From an uncultured Bacilli bacterium (GTDB lineage: Bacteria; Bacillota_I; Bacilli_A; RFN20; CAG-449), in assembly GCA_947595215.1 (NCBI GenBank), contig CANQEO010000005.1:10776-74775 (forward strand): a DNA stretch of 64,000 nucleotides, in the 5' to 3' direction. The notes under the pieces were generated by a model. The model saw only the letters and a program-made list of their open reading frames with translations. It was not told the origin of the DNA and did no database searches. Positions 10,201 to 18,679 of the stretch are shown one piece after another (position 1 is the first letter of the stretch; each line of letters begins with the position of its first letter). A program made the position numbers and the translations under genes.

Positions 10201-12022
10201 ATATACATGCACAATCAAGAATAGCTGCAATCTCATTCTTATAAGCTAAACGTGAATCAAGTTTACTATTTAATTCATCTTGAATTTCATCAAAGATAGT
10301 TTCATCTAAGTTAGCTTGCTCTAACATTGATTTTAAATCGGGAATTTTTTTCAAAGAATCAAAGACCACGGAAATATTATTGAAAATTAAATCCATATCT
10401 AGTAGGCCTTTATTATAGATAACATTATAATCAATCGAAGTTTCTGCAGCTAAAGCTACAGTTTCATGTCCGATTAAAATATCTTTAGTTCCACGAAGAT
10501 AGTATGATGTTCCTTCTTCAACGTAAGTAATACCATTTGCAACTTCTTCATCAAGTAAGAGATTCATCATATCTTCTTGAAGATTAGAATCGCCAAAATT
10601 CCAATTGAAATGATGATTATATCTATAATTATAAAGATCATCGATATCCACTAACTTGTTGAAGATAATCGCTAATTCTTGACCCCATTTAATGTCGGTG
10701 TAATCTTCAATATCGGAAGAAAGTTCAATACCGGTATCTTTCATCATTTGCGATTTGGCAAGCGCACTCATAAGTGATGGCATAATCACTTTAAAGAATT
10801 CAGAATTATCGATAGCGACAAGAGCTTTAGTGGTCGACTCACGATGTTCACTTGTTATTTCAAAATCAATGTTGTTATTTATAGCACCTTGAACAATCTT
10901 CATATCATATAAGACATCATAAACATCATTTAGCATATGAAGTTCATCTTCCCAATCAACATTGCTAAAATCTAATGAATTCGGATCGATTTCAATGTTT
11001 TCTTTAACAGCATCCATATTGAGTGCTAAACTGATAGCGATTGGAAGGAGACGATGAAGTAAACTTAATCCACCGAGTTTATCAACGAGCATTGAAATGA
11101 TTTCTTTTTCAAGCAACATAGAGAAATCCATTCCCTCTCCGATAGTGTTACCGGATTGATAGATACCATTTACAGCATCCAATAATGATCCTAATGTTTC
11201 ACTCAAGACAAAATTAGTATTATCCGCAAATTGTGTTGTAGTTAAGAAATCAAAGAATTCGAGATCTAAAGTACGCCCATCATCGGTTCTTACCGAAGTT
11301 AAGGTTTGACCTAATACTGAATTATTGTAACCTTCAAGGAAATTCATGAGTGCATTGTATAAATCATCATCAAGATCCACTCTTTCACCATCTTTAAAAG
11401 TGTCGTTAACAGTATTAACTAAAGATGTTAATGGCGAAAAACCAATACATAAAATCGCAGTCCATTGAACCATATTGACAAGAGCACCAAGCGGTCTCAG
11501 TTTCTTTTTCTTACGAATTCTTTTTGGAATTAAGAATTTGAAGGCACAGTGATAAAGAAGGAAACTTAAAATAGTACCAACTATTAACACTAAGATAAAG
11601 TCAACAATGAAAGAAAGTAAAGATAGAATCGATAACGCTAAAGTATTAACAACATCAACAACATCAGGATTATCAATAATACTAAGAGAACTGTCTAAAG
11701 ACAAAATATAATCAAAAAGGAGATCTCCAACTGTTGTAGCATCAGAACTAGTAAGTTGCAGCATCGACTTTAAGTCAATAGAAAAGTTTTCTAAGAAACC
11801 TAAATCCAAGTTCCAATAAGCCATTGCTATTTGCCTATTAAGCACGATAATTAAAATAAATAATATTGTCATTACGACAAATTTAAAGGTTGTTTTCCAT
11901 ACACCTTTAATTAATCCAACAACACCCGCTAATACGACAATAACTATCAGTCCTATAAAGATGTAGTTAAAAATATTAGTCCAATTCTCGACATTATAAT
12001 TGGCAATGCTACTCAATATCAT
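4247..12022 (-). CDS. Giant (2591 aa) membrane-anchored, highly acidic repeat protein of unknown function.
   Basis: Single uninterrupted 7776-nt ORF. There are four to five predicted TM helices in the first ~200 aa. The rest is D/E/N-rich and contains three tandem ~430-445-aa repeats (residues ~808-2115) plus a unique ~480-aa C-terminal region. No recognisable catalytic motif was found. Confidence 0.85.
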   Translation of the reverse strand: MILSSIANYNVENWTNIFNYIFIGLIVIVVLAGVVGLIKGVWKTTFKFVVMTILFILIIVLNRQIAMAYWNLDLGFLENFSIDLKSMLQLTSSDATTVGDLLFDYILSLDSSLSIIDNPDVVDVVNTLALSILSLLSFIVDFILVLIVGTILSFLLYHCAFKFLIPKRIRKKKKLRPLGALVNMVQWTAILCIGFSPLTSLVNTVNDTFKDGERVDLDDDLYNALMNFLEGYNNSVLGQTLTSVRTDDGRTLDLEFFDFLTTTQFADNTNFVLSETLGSLLDAVNGIYQSGNTIGEGMDFSMLLEKEIISMLVDKLGGLSLLHRLLPIAISLALNMDAVKENIEIDPNSLDFSNVDWEDELHMLNDVYDVLYDMKIVQGAINNNIDFEITSEHRESTTKALVAIDNSEFFKVIMPSLMSALAKSQMMKDTGIELSSDIEDYTDIKWGQELAIIFNKLVDIDDLYNYRYNHHFNWNFGDSNLQEDMMNLLLDEEVANGITYVEEGTSYYLRGTKDILIGHETVALAAETSIDYNVIYNKGLLDMDLIFNNISVVFDSLKKIPDLKSMLEQANLDETIFDEIQDELNSKLDSRLAYKNEIAAILDCACILINNPNLPLTDGQIDFENAVQRNEIRKLAMHIDDSITFTKIIPNVLESVLDAEKEVALGIKYGDLDFRVQKIGSELVSLIDIYDNAEPLLDVLNEPGADLLKDLNFDDLQNVLLGIFDSAILNPTKNGTNANFKTVIRYVFEQDTLKDVGFILDEKVLTNLDTSTIHGWRDEIKSLCYAFKSVQNADSLIELFNSDQTNVEITSVEPNDVRNVFDAFDQSQIIKPSIGSILNKNLKESFVTLGGENVDFTSVEDWSQEGESLALIIESIREIARINGDEYISLDKIDWINTDSDKLENLLLALYDTQTLGVYEGYDGNLHDNFADIIYTMLVDGLAEYAPEDLDRAAIREDFNFRLEAVRDNKEAEADWIEEIGKIRTLVDDLKNIKDVLGEGNDFNIEAVSDNDLRNILTDINKIYPLRTFFPNMFQHQLDQLQIDLIDVSSIKVEEVMLQMYNYKHENKIVSNRAEEIEKRQEEIDYLCVDAIYRLVDNVNDLPSDYEALSPLKALVDLKPLFEKEDLNINDVTSDELDNLKKVLEGLYSSKIFNYQYQDDKIEFSFFENLLDTLLDKATLTRISAEDYAAIDQYLDSDYIADSHEFATKGEITHFIEALKFVINSDIGDKIINNEEIALTSVDGDEVASVFQYFDESLILRPSLAPKMNENLKPELAKLGAENANFNKVKNWTLEGEKIGDIIKKLQNILATDELDENNKVIYKEFNEVDWFNVETDDLRFLINRLYDTEVLGVYDGHDNFADIVHEMLINAIKDYGSNDMQDENSDLRKQIKKDFMFRLETNPDAYWRNEENANDENAEINKICKLFDEMKSINKAYIDGNLDFEKIDENNLKNMLYDVNSMYTLRSFFPEIINFQINQLDIGLIDTSLIMTDEVINKKYNYCYEGKEREVSTREEEIAKRKVEIDYLAIDPNVRIIENEGKKVPEDYVEFSPLKAFIDARDLFGRTTINTDDITEHHTECFEIILKGIYNSRIFNYHQIEEIDQLSFFESIFDFILDSATLTKFTPDEYRNIVPSYVDDNFIESEKDFANKGEITYFIDAIRYVLFDAENTKDLIITDKDVALTDLDSTEVREIFKAMDNSNLLRPSLAPKVNDNIKQQLIDLGATEADFYQVKDWTREGNYLGNIIDSMQKILDNGDGTYADIGNINWLDVNTTDLEELLVNLAQTEVLDVYEGSDLKLHDNFADIMLNVFSDVLEKYFERDYAEINNDFYFRVPEITGREKEATINVNWITVSAIEGQIIEGQIQRMITVIDTAKEKGLVDENGTININLVDGNALYALMSDMNNCYVLRTTFANMMYYELHENTKLGGRLNGLDQNKIYIDVFNYEFNMLSEQFEGERFARSEEIALRQTEIDDLFTNPDYKEGSEDWRGNKNVNAYDQMQKFATFIEEETIDGKLMTLDSFSKPIDEENNITALDAYEIILRALHNSRIFNTAKDFSGFVREDSNDSVGDLTFFEQVIRILLDESGLTDMAYDTANPTYDDLDRMSATNRMSKKIKYISDEELKENSFYWFAENEQDPGVADDLLFTIREIMDIAPNNLDSITSLSNDNIEYMLDALNNGFLTNEVVTVSLKKVFEKIGIDEFRIDSKETETELDYFYYENLYCGDEQKYKFSSWSQFDTKKNVMGDEINAIMGLINRFEDGKGADNFNYTEIAFEDLLVPLGNSKILTPMRADFIYTMFDKAELSNYISNSSKEYLNDPFQEAKQKRDILKYLEEEKINSLWDFESSCLDNLVKTIADLKGIENIKDFANNDTVNIGNIVKATYETTIDKEISRGYLASELVSGFLNEKLTTELYNGQIVIDWRHDVPYAESVNYSYEMFNDVEADGLSGLIRFVNAFNKYKTNVENVIKEYPPLNSQGNQIAIDEYNDYCTILENEVRESTRMMGYNGNAYEGKDSVDSIAATRLFNSFKDDIPSVNIYSSTIDLKEVIDLDYQADSYEERGEHWSSNIDILTKGANPYTLLA
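5680..9601 (-). repeat. Three intragenic tandem repeats of ~1.29-1.34 kb inside the giant gene (boundaries ±60 nt).
   Basis: The protein motifs LHDNFADI, LRPSLAPK, 'RTFFP/RSFFP…EIDYL' and 'ALHNSRIFNY' recur at the same spacing. At DNA level, 'atatc[a/g]gcaaagttatcatg' recurs at 6597, 7931 and 9225, and 'aaacacctaa…gtgtcata' recurs nearby. Unit starts are about 9601, 8308 and 6970. Confidence 0.8.
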
Positions 12023-12186
12023 ATGTTTCTCCTTTAATTATAAATTTCGGTCCAAAAACATGGAGTATAATATAATTGATTATATTACTACATACTATAT
12101 GTTAAAATTTTAGAGGAAAAAATGCAAATAAAAGTTTGTTTTTATAACATTATTTTATATACTTAAATTGGTGATACACATACATT

Positions 12187-12957
12187 ATGAATAATTTTAA
12201 AGAACTCATACGAAAATTTAATGACAAGAGAAGTGAACTAATTTATGCCACTAAAGAATCTCTTAGTATCACGTTTTTTGTTGGTATCATTGGATTAGAC
12301 CTTATTTCGCTTGTTATTAGCGTGATTTTTACATCTTTGAATTTAGTTTATGCTGATATGCCACAAGAAGAATTAATGCAATATAATGCATATTCTTCCT
12401 TTATCTCATATCTAATCGCCTTTGTAATTATATTAGCTACAATTGGACCACGTGTGATAAAAGTTGTTACTAAGCAATTCGCAAAAAAAGAAGCTTTAAC
12501 TGATGGTTTTATCTATGCGGTTATTCTATTGCTTGCAAATATCTTTTGTAGCTTATTTGCTTCTATAATTTACCCAAATGCTCCGACAAACGATAATCAA
12601 GGGTTAATCGAAGCGTTAGTGAATTCCCAACCATTTTTAATGTTTGTTATTGTTGTTATTATTGGTCCAATGTTTGAAGAAATAGTATATCGATTCGGTT
12701 TATTTGGACTTTGTTATCGTAAAAATCGTTTATTTGCTTACACTTTGGCAGGAATGGTATTTGCATTAATTCATTTTAACTTTAAAACAATAGGTACAAA
12801 TGATATATATAGCGAATTAATCGCACTTCCATCATATATAGCCGGTGGATTAGTTCTTTGTAGAGCATATGAAAAGAATGGTTCTATAGCCACATCTTAC
12901 ATTGCGCATATGGCAAATAATTTGCTCTCCGTTTTGATGGTTCTCTTTTATAGATAA
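12187..12957 (+). CDS. CPBP family intramembrane metalloprotease (CAAX protease/Abi-like).
   Basis: Multi-TM protein with the EExxxR ('FEEIVYR'), FxxxH ('FALIH') and HxxxN ('HMANN') motifs. Confidence 0.75.
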   Translation: MNNFKELIRKFNDKRSELIYATKESLSITFFVGIIGLDLISLVISVIFTSLNLVYADMPQEELMQYNAYSSFISYLIAFVIILATIGPRVIKVVTKQFAKKEALTDGFIYAVILLLANIFCSLFASIIYPNAPTNDNQGLIEALVNSQPFLMFVIVVIIGPMFEEIVYRFGLFGLCYRKNRLFAYTLAGMVFALIHFNFKTIGTNDIYSELIALPSYIAGGLVLCRAYEKNGSIATSYIAHMANNLLSVLMVLFYR

Positions 12958-12977
12958 AGATTATTGAATAGCAGTAT

Positions 12978-13775
12978 ATGAAATCATTTATTAATAGGTT
13001 TACTTTAAAACTCATCGCAATGATTACAATGTTAATTGATCATATTGGTGTAATATTTCTCAAAAACGGAGATTCACTCTATGTTATTTTCAGAACAATC
13101 GGTAGAATCTCTTTTCCACTTTTTGCTTTTTTCATTGTTGAAGGAATGGTTCATACCCGCAATCAAAAGCGATATTTACTGCAATTGTTTATATGCGCAT
13201 TCACAATTGATATCGTAACATTCATGTTTGGTTTCTATAATAATTTGGGTGGTAACTCAGTAACTACACTAGCTTTTTCAGCCCTAACAATTTATTTCCT
13301 TCAAAAAAAATGTTGGTATAAATTGCTTGCTATTATTCCGAGCAGTATTTTATTTTTAATCGCTTTTAAAATAATTCCCTTTTATGCCGATTATAATATC
13401 TATGGTTTATTTATTATTGTCGGATTTTATTGTTGCTATTTATTGTCAAAACTAGTTGTTAAAATTACTGCAATAAATCAAGAATTAGATGAAGATAGCT
13501 TGTTAAATTCTACATACTTTAGAAATTTGAAAAACGTCTCATGTGTCATTTATTTTATTACGCTTACTTTAGTGTTATATTTTATCCCTCTATTTGCAAT
13601 AAACAATGAGTTGATTATTAACATGGATTTCCAAGCATTTGCAATTTTAGCGATGCCCTTTATCCTTTTATACAATGGTAAAAAAGGTTACGATTCAAAA
13701 TATTTCAAATGGGGATCATATGTTTTTTATCCTCTTCACCTTTTAATTTTATATAGCATTTCTCTTTTAATATGA
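12978..13775 (+). CDS. TraX family membrane protein.
   Basis: 'LKLIAMITMLIDHIG' N-terminal signature and polytopic membrane topology. Confidence 0.65.
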   Translation: MKSFINRFTLKLIAMITMLIDHIGVIFLKNGDSLYVIFRTIGRISFPLFAFFIVEGMVHTRNQKRYLLQLFICAFTIDIVTFMFGFYNNLGGNSVTTLAFSALTIYFLQKKCWYKLLAIIPSSILFLIAFKIIPFYADYNIYGLFIIVGFYCCYLLSKLVVKITAINQELDEDSLLNSTYFRNLKNVSCVIYFITLTLVLYFIPLFAINNELIINMDFQAFAILAMPFILLYNGKKGYDSKYFKWGSYVFYPLHLLILYSISLLI

Positions 13776-13837
13776 AATGTTATTTTGTGAAATAATATTT
13801 AATAATATATATTATTTATATAGTTGGAGGTTTTTAA

Positions 13838-14152
13838 ATGGTTGAACATATTCAAGAAAAGGAAAAATTTGATGAAAGTATTAAGAATGGTATCACTTTA
13901 GTGGATTTTTTTGCTAACTGGTGCAGTCCTTGTAGAATGTTATCCTTAGTTATCGAAGAATATATTGATAATCATCCAGAAATTAGTGTTATTAAAGTTG
14001 ATGTCGATCAAGCACATGAATTAGCTTTTGAATATAATGTTACTTCGATACCACTTATAATTCTTTTTAAAAATGGTGTGGAACTTGATCGAAGATTGGG
14101 GTATATGCCATTGGATGAATTCGAAGAATTTATTGAAAATGCAACTAAATAA
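13838..14152 (+). CDS. trx: Thioredoxin family protein with a WCSPC active site.
   Basis: 104 aa with a thioredoxin fold. The active site reads WCSPC rather than the canonical WCGPC. Confidence 0.8.
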   Translation: MVEHIQEKEKFDESIKNGITLVDFFANWCSPCRMLSLVIEEYIDNHPEISVIKVDVDQAHELAFEYNVTSIPLIILFKNGVELDRRLGYMPLDEFEEFIENATK

Positions 14153-14357
14153 TCTTTAATAAAAATAAATACTGATACATTTATTGTTTTTGTCGCATTT
14201 AAATGTATCGGTAATTTTATTTCTATTTACAACAATTCGTCTCGTTTCTATTTTTGTTTGTTGCACTTGCTTTTATAATCAACAAAAATTCACATTTTTT
14301 ATTTTTTCTATTGCCTTTATAAAACAATACTCATATAATAAACATTGCTTCTACATT

Positions 14358-14431
14358 GCGAGCGTAGTTCAGTGGTAGAACACAACCTTGCCAAGGTTGC
14401 TATGCGGGTTCGATTCCCGTCGCTCGCTCCA
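14358..14431 (+). tRNA. tRNA-Gly (anticodon GCC).
   Basis: Cloverleaf folded by hand: acceptor stem GCGAGCG/CGCTCGC, anticodon loop ttGCCaa, T-loop GGTTCGATTCC and an encoded CCA. 74 nt. Confidence 0.9.
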
Positions 14432-14859
14432 TGTTGAAAGAACTAGATTGATACAATGAAGTTTATTATTTCTAGTATCAATTTTTTTATTTATAAGGTT
14501 CGATACCCAGCATATAGGTATTTTTAAAGAAAAGAATGGCTTAGGAGATGCAGAAATTGCATTTTTTTAGAAACTTTTTTGATGCATTAAATCAGGGTGG
14601 CGACGATTGATGAATCTGATTTAAAAGAAATAGACTATGCTAAAAAGCTTAATAAAAAAATTTATATCACAAAAAAATCACTCTGAATAAAAAAAGCGTT
14701 GCATTCAAATAATACTTTTTGTCTATTGCAATCACACAAGTTGATTTCATAGTCAACTTGTTTTTACATTAAAATGGCAGTTAAATAGACAAAGATAAAA
14801 AAGGTGAAAAATTTGCCTATTTAAATCAACTTTTATTGATGATGAAGAGATTGCATTGA

Positions 14860-15220
14860 TTATCAGGGTTGCTTTATATTCAACTTCAAGAATACTATCA
14901 AGCTTTAAGCGAAAGTTCAAATGGGTGGCACGAAGAAAACAACGATGATACTGCTTTCGTCAAGTATTTACTTGGTACTATCTTAGCCGCTTATCGTGAT
15001 TTTGAGGATAGAGTAAATGTCATTTCCAAAAAACTTTCTGCACTTGAAATGGTAAAAAATGCTGTTAGTCAGAAGATTGGTAAATTCACCAAAAGCGACA
15101 TCCTGGAATCCCGAGATAGGATCTAGTTCAGTCGAATCATCCTTAAAACAACTATGTAATGAAGGATTAATTGTGAAATGTGGTGGCGGGCGTTCAACTT
15201 ACTATGTGAAAATCAAATAA
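14860..15220 (+). pseudogene. Fic/DOC family protein remnant: C-terminal ~115 codons with a frameshift and no start codon.
   Basis: Frame 1 reads …LLYIQLQEYYQALSES… (the post-Fic-motif helix) to 15126. Frame 2 from 15125 encodes …LCNEGLIVKCGGGRSTYYVKIK*, a typical Fic C-terminal wHTH tail. A stop lies immediately upstream at 14857 and no HPFx[DE]GNGR motif is present. Confidence 0.5.
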
Positions 15221-15524
15221 ACTCCCATTTACGCACGTTTGGGAGAATGAATTACCTTTTGGGAGAATAATTTAGGCACGCAAGTTGAGTTATTATATGT
15301 TTATACACTTGCAAGCATTGTATCATATTCATAGTAATATTAGTGACAAATGTTGGAATAATTGAAGAATTAACTAGTTCATTTAAAATATGATTATTTT
15401 ATAAAAAAATTTAGAATTAGGTAAATATTCTTTCAATTTCATTCCAAGAGCCAATTTCGTTTGACATAAAAAGATTGACCATCAATATCTTTCAAATAAA
15501 TTTCATCTTTTATTCTTGCAATAA

Positions 15525-15797
15525 AAAGAATTACCAAAACCTGCAGTTTGTATTATTCAATATACTAGTTATTCAGATGTTGACAATGATCCACCAACAT
15601 ATAGTTGTGTAGGAACAAATGATGGAATAGCAAGTTATATTAGCATGGAGCGACGAATTCAAAGACTTCAAGAATTAAATATTCCCGCAAAAATTGAAGT
15701 GTTTGAAGGTTTGTCACATGGATTTGGTTTAGGAGAAAACACAATTGCTGAAGGTTGGATTAATCGAGCGGTTGAATTTTGGGAACAAAATAGATAA
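15525..15797 (+). pseudogene. Alpha/beta-hydrolase (esterase-like) C-terminal fragment with no start codon.
   Basis: Open frame …PAVCIIQYTSYSDVDNDPPTYSCVGTNDGIA…FEGLSHGFGL…* covers ~90 codons bounded by an upstream stop at 15522-15524 and has no in-frame ATG. It resembles the C-terminal His-containing segment of esterases. Confidence 0.45.
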
Positions 15798-15959
15798 TTT
15801 TCATTTGATAAATTTTTTAACCACTGGTTTCACATGACTTCGGTGTTTTTGTTTGTTTATAGACTGCGTACATTCGCTTGCAGTTACGTTAGCTCGCTTA
15901 TTACTCTTATGAAGGTTTTTCTATTTAAATATATTCAATTCAAATTAATGATTCAATTT

Positions 15960-17405
15960 CTACTCAACAGAATCAATAACAACTTCAGAGTTTTCTTGCT
16001 TATTAATATTATTTGAAGCATTATTATCTAATAATGGTAAGTTTTTATTATCCTCTTTATCTTCCTTATCTTTTGGCATTACAAGAGATAAAATCATTGA
16101 AATAACAAATACTCCTGCCACCGGATTTTTCGCAAAAATATCGCTTATTAATTCTGGCATATATTGAAAGAAACCACCGACTTGAGTAACACCGATGCCT
16201 AAGCACAATGAAACGGCAACAATTATGGTATTGCGCTGTGTCATTTTGCATTGTCTAAACATATTGATACCAGAAACAATAATAGCACCAAACATAACTA
16301 TAGAACATCCTCCAAGCACACATTGTGGCATCGTTGAGAAAAATGCTCCTATAGGTGGAAATAAACCAGCAATGATTAAAATTAGAGCACCAAACATAAT
16401 CGTAAAGCGATTTACAACTTTTGTCATAGTAACCAAACCGACATTTTGACTAAACGAAGTAATTGGAGGGCATCCAAATACTCCACCAGATATAGCAGAT
16501 ACAAATCCATTGCAACCTAACGTACCGGTTATCTCTTTTTCAGTGATATCACGCCCTAAAGCTCCAGTACAAATAGCAGTAGTATCGCCAATAGTTTCAG
16601 CTGCAGAAACAAAGAAAACTAAAGTTACAGAAACAATAGCGCCGATATCAAATTTAGGAGTATATGCAAATAATTGAGGAAATGAAATGACACCTAATTG
16701 GTCGATTGTTTCTTTAATACTATTAAAATCAACCATACCGAAAAATATCGAGACAATATATCCAACTACAAGACCAAATAAAATATATAAATTCTTCCAA
16801 AATCCCTTTGCAAAAACATTAAATACCAAACATGAAAGCAATGTAATTGCAGCAACAATTAGATTTTGCCAAGAACCAATATCATATGTTGCACTTGAAG
16901 CAAAATAAGTAGCACCGGTATTTAGTAAACTAAAACCTGTAGTCATTACAACACACGCACAAACGATCGAAGATATGAATCTTCGCCAATATTTTGCAGT
17001 CAGTCCTAAAACTCCTTCGATACAGCCACCGACAATAACTGCTCCGACTAGTATTCCATAGTCACGTGCCGCTAAGGTTTGCATAATTGCAAGAAAAGTA
17101 AAACTTAAACCCATGACGACTGGCAATCTAGCTCCTACTCTCCAAATTGGAAATAATTGAATAAGTGTTCCAATGCCTGCGACAACCATTGCTGCTTGAA
17201 TTAGTCTAGCTGCATCTACTCCAGTAAAACTCACACCATTATATATCGCTATTCCTGCGATTAGCATAATTGGAGTAATGTTTGCAATAAACATTGATAG
17301 TACATGTTGTAATCCTAAAGGAAGCGCTCTTGAAATAGGTACACGACCATCAAGCTTATACATATTATCAACACTTGATGAAGAATTTGACTTCCGAAAT
17401 TTCAC
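15960..17405 (-). CDS. NCS2 family nucleobase:cation symporter (uracil/xanthine permease).
   Basis: 481 aa, ~12 TM, characteristic NCS2 sequence throughout. GTG start with a GAAGGAG RBS. Confidence 0.85.
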   Translation of the reverse strand: MKFRKSNSSSSVDNMYKLDGRVPISRALPLGLQHVLSMFIANITPIMLIAGIAIYNGVSFTGVDAARLIQAAMVVAGIGTLIQLFPIWRVGARLPVVMGLSFTFLAIMQTLAARDYGILVGAVIVGGCIEGVLGLTAKYWRRFISSIVCACVVMTTGFSLLNTGATYFASSATYDIGSWQNLIVAAITLLSCLVFNVFAKGFWKNLYILFGLVVGYIVSIFFGMVDFNSIKETIDQLGVISFPQLFAYTPKFDIGAIVSVTLVFFVSAAETIGDTTAICTGALGRDITEKEITGTLGCNGFVSAISGGVFGCPPITSFSQNVGLVTMTKVVNRFTIMFGALILIIAGLFPPIGAFFSTMPQCVLGGCSIVMFGAIIVSGINMFRQCKMTQRNTIIVAVSLCLGIGVTQVGGFFQYMPELISDIFAKNPVAGVFVISMILSLVMPKDKEDKEDNKNLPLLDNNASNNINKQENSEVVIDSVE

Positions 17406-17534
17406 GACTTAAATCTCCTTCTATTAATTATCAAACGCACAAAAAACTTTAATGCTACACTAATTATTATATATAAAACTATCCTTGATTTCTATCTCTA
17501 AAAATGAGCATCAAGGTCTATTTAAAAATACTTT

Positions 17535-18509
17535 TTAGTTTTGGAATTTAATATTTTGCTTTTTTAACAATTCATATGATATTAATTTATCATCATCAAG
17601 ATTTTCTTTATGCATGTCAACTGCACTAATTTGTCTATTATCATAAGTTGTATAGTAATAAATACCTTTATCAACATTACAGCAAGAACTATAAATAGTG
17701 ATTTCGTATTTTCCTTCGCCCATATGTACACAACCTCTTTGTTGTTCTACTGAACCTAAAATATGAAAAAATTGACTTACACTTTCATTTTCGAGATCAG
17801 ATGATAACGAATTCATTTTAGTAAATGTTGCTTTTACAAAACGAGATGCAGAAGAAAGGTCTCCTGGCATACCTATTGCTCCCATACCACGACTATAGGC
17901 ATCAAGATTTAAATTTTTTGAAAAAGTGTTTTTTATTGGTTCTGTACTTAAATGCATATAATTATTCAAATTGAATAGCTGAATATCAAATGGTGGATTA
18001 TTAGTAAGAATTCCAACTGGATTTTCATATATCTTTAATCCTTCTTTAACAGATTCAAGCGTAAGTGATTCTTCACGATCAGCAATTATCCAATGAAGAG
18101 GAGATGCAAGTAATTGCTCGCTGAAATTTAAATTAGCTAAATTTAATTTTTCTAAAAGTTTTCGAGCCTCTTTTACGCTTTCACATTGTCCTAGAATCCA
18201 AGGAATCAATTCATAAGAAGCAACATTATCTTTACCCTCTATCACATCAAAATAATGAGCATTATTTGGAAAATTTAGTCCAGCCATGCTAAGACCTTTT
18301 TCATTAGTGGCATCGTAATAAAGTGGATAATTATTATTGACAAAAGCCATTCCAATAATAGCAAAGTGTTTTTTTAACGAAGGTAGCTTTTGAAATTTAA
18401 ACTCATAATTTCTTGGGGTTATAGTAACTGTTTCATAATAAGAAAATTCTAAATCAAGATTGCGACCAAAATAATGATCTTTAGTTTTATAAGTGGCTGC
18501 AGTGCACAT
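17535..18509 (-). CDS. Choloylglycine hydrolase / linear amide C-N hydrolase (Ntn hydrolase, bile salt hydrolase family).
   Basis: N-terminal 'MCTAATYKTKDHYFGRNLD' with the catalytic Cys2 typical of BSH/penicillin V acylase; 324 aa. Confidence 0.85.
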   Translation of the reverse strand: MCTAATYKTKDHYFGRNLDLEFSYYETVTITPRNYEFKFQKLPSLKKHFAIIGMAFVNNNYPLYYDATNEKGLSMAGLNFPNNAHYFDVIEGKDNVASYELIPWILGQCESVKEARKLLEKLNLANLNFSEQLLASPLHWIIADREESLTLESVKEGLKIYENPVGILTNNPPFDIQLFNLNNYMHLSTEPIKNTFSKNLNLDAYSRGMGAIGMPGDLSSASRFVKATFTKMNSLSSDLENESVSQFFHILGSVEQQRGCVHMGEGKYEITIYSSCCNVDKGIYYYTTYDNRQISAVDMHKENLDDDKLISYELLKKQNIKFQN

Positions 18510-18679
18510 TTTAATATCCTTCCTTTCGACATTCTCTAAATCTATTTTAACTAATTCAAATAAATATATCCTCTTAAATTTTGATTATATTTAAATTTGT
18601 CTAGTTATAAAAATATCGAGCAAATGACTAGTCAATTTTTTTAAGTTATATTATACTTAAAACTATGGAGAAAAAATTT

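Noticed and set aside
14184-14378. A 64-aa ORF overlapping the 5' end of tRNA-Gly.
   Set aside because: It is hydrophobic nonsense from an AT-rich promoter region and overlaps a structured tRNA. It is not coding.
17406-17534. A possible PyrR-binding or purine-riboswitch attenuator upstream of the NCS2 permease.
   Set aside because: A hairpin (ccttgat…atcaagg) is present. However, there is no PyrR loop consensus (…UCCAGAGAGG…) and no purine-riboswitch core. The interval is too short for a riboswitch and the hairpin is more likely a terminator for the convergent neighbour.
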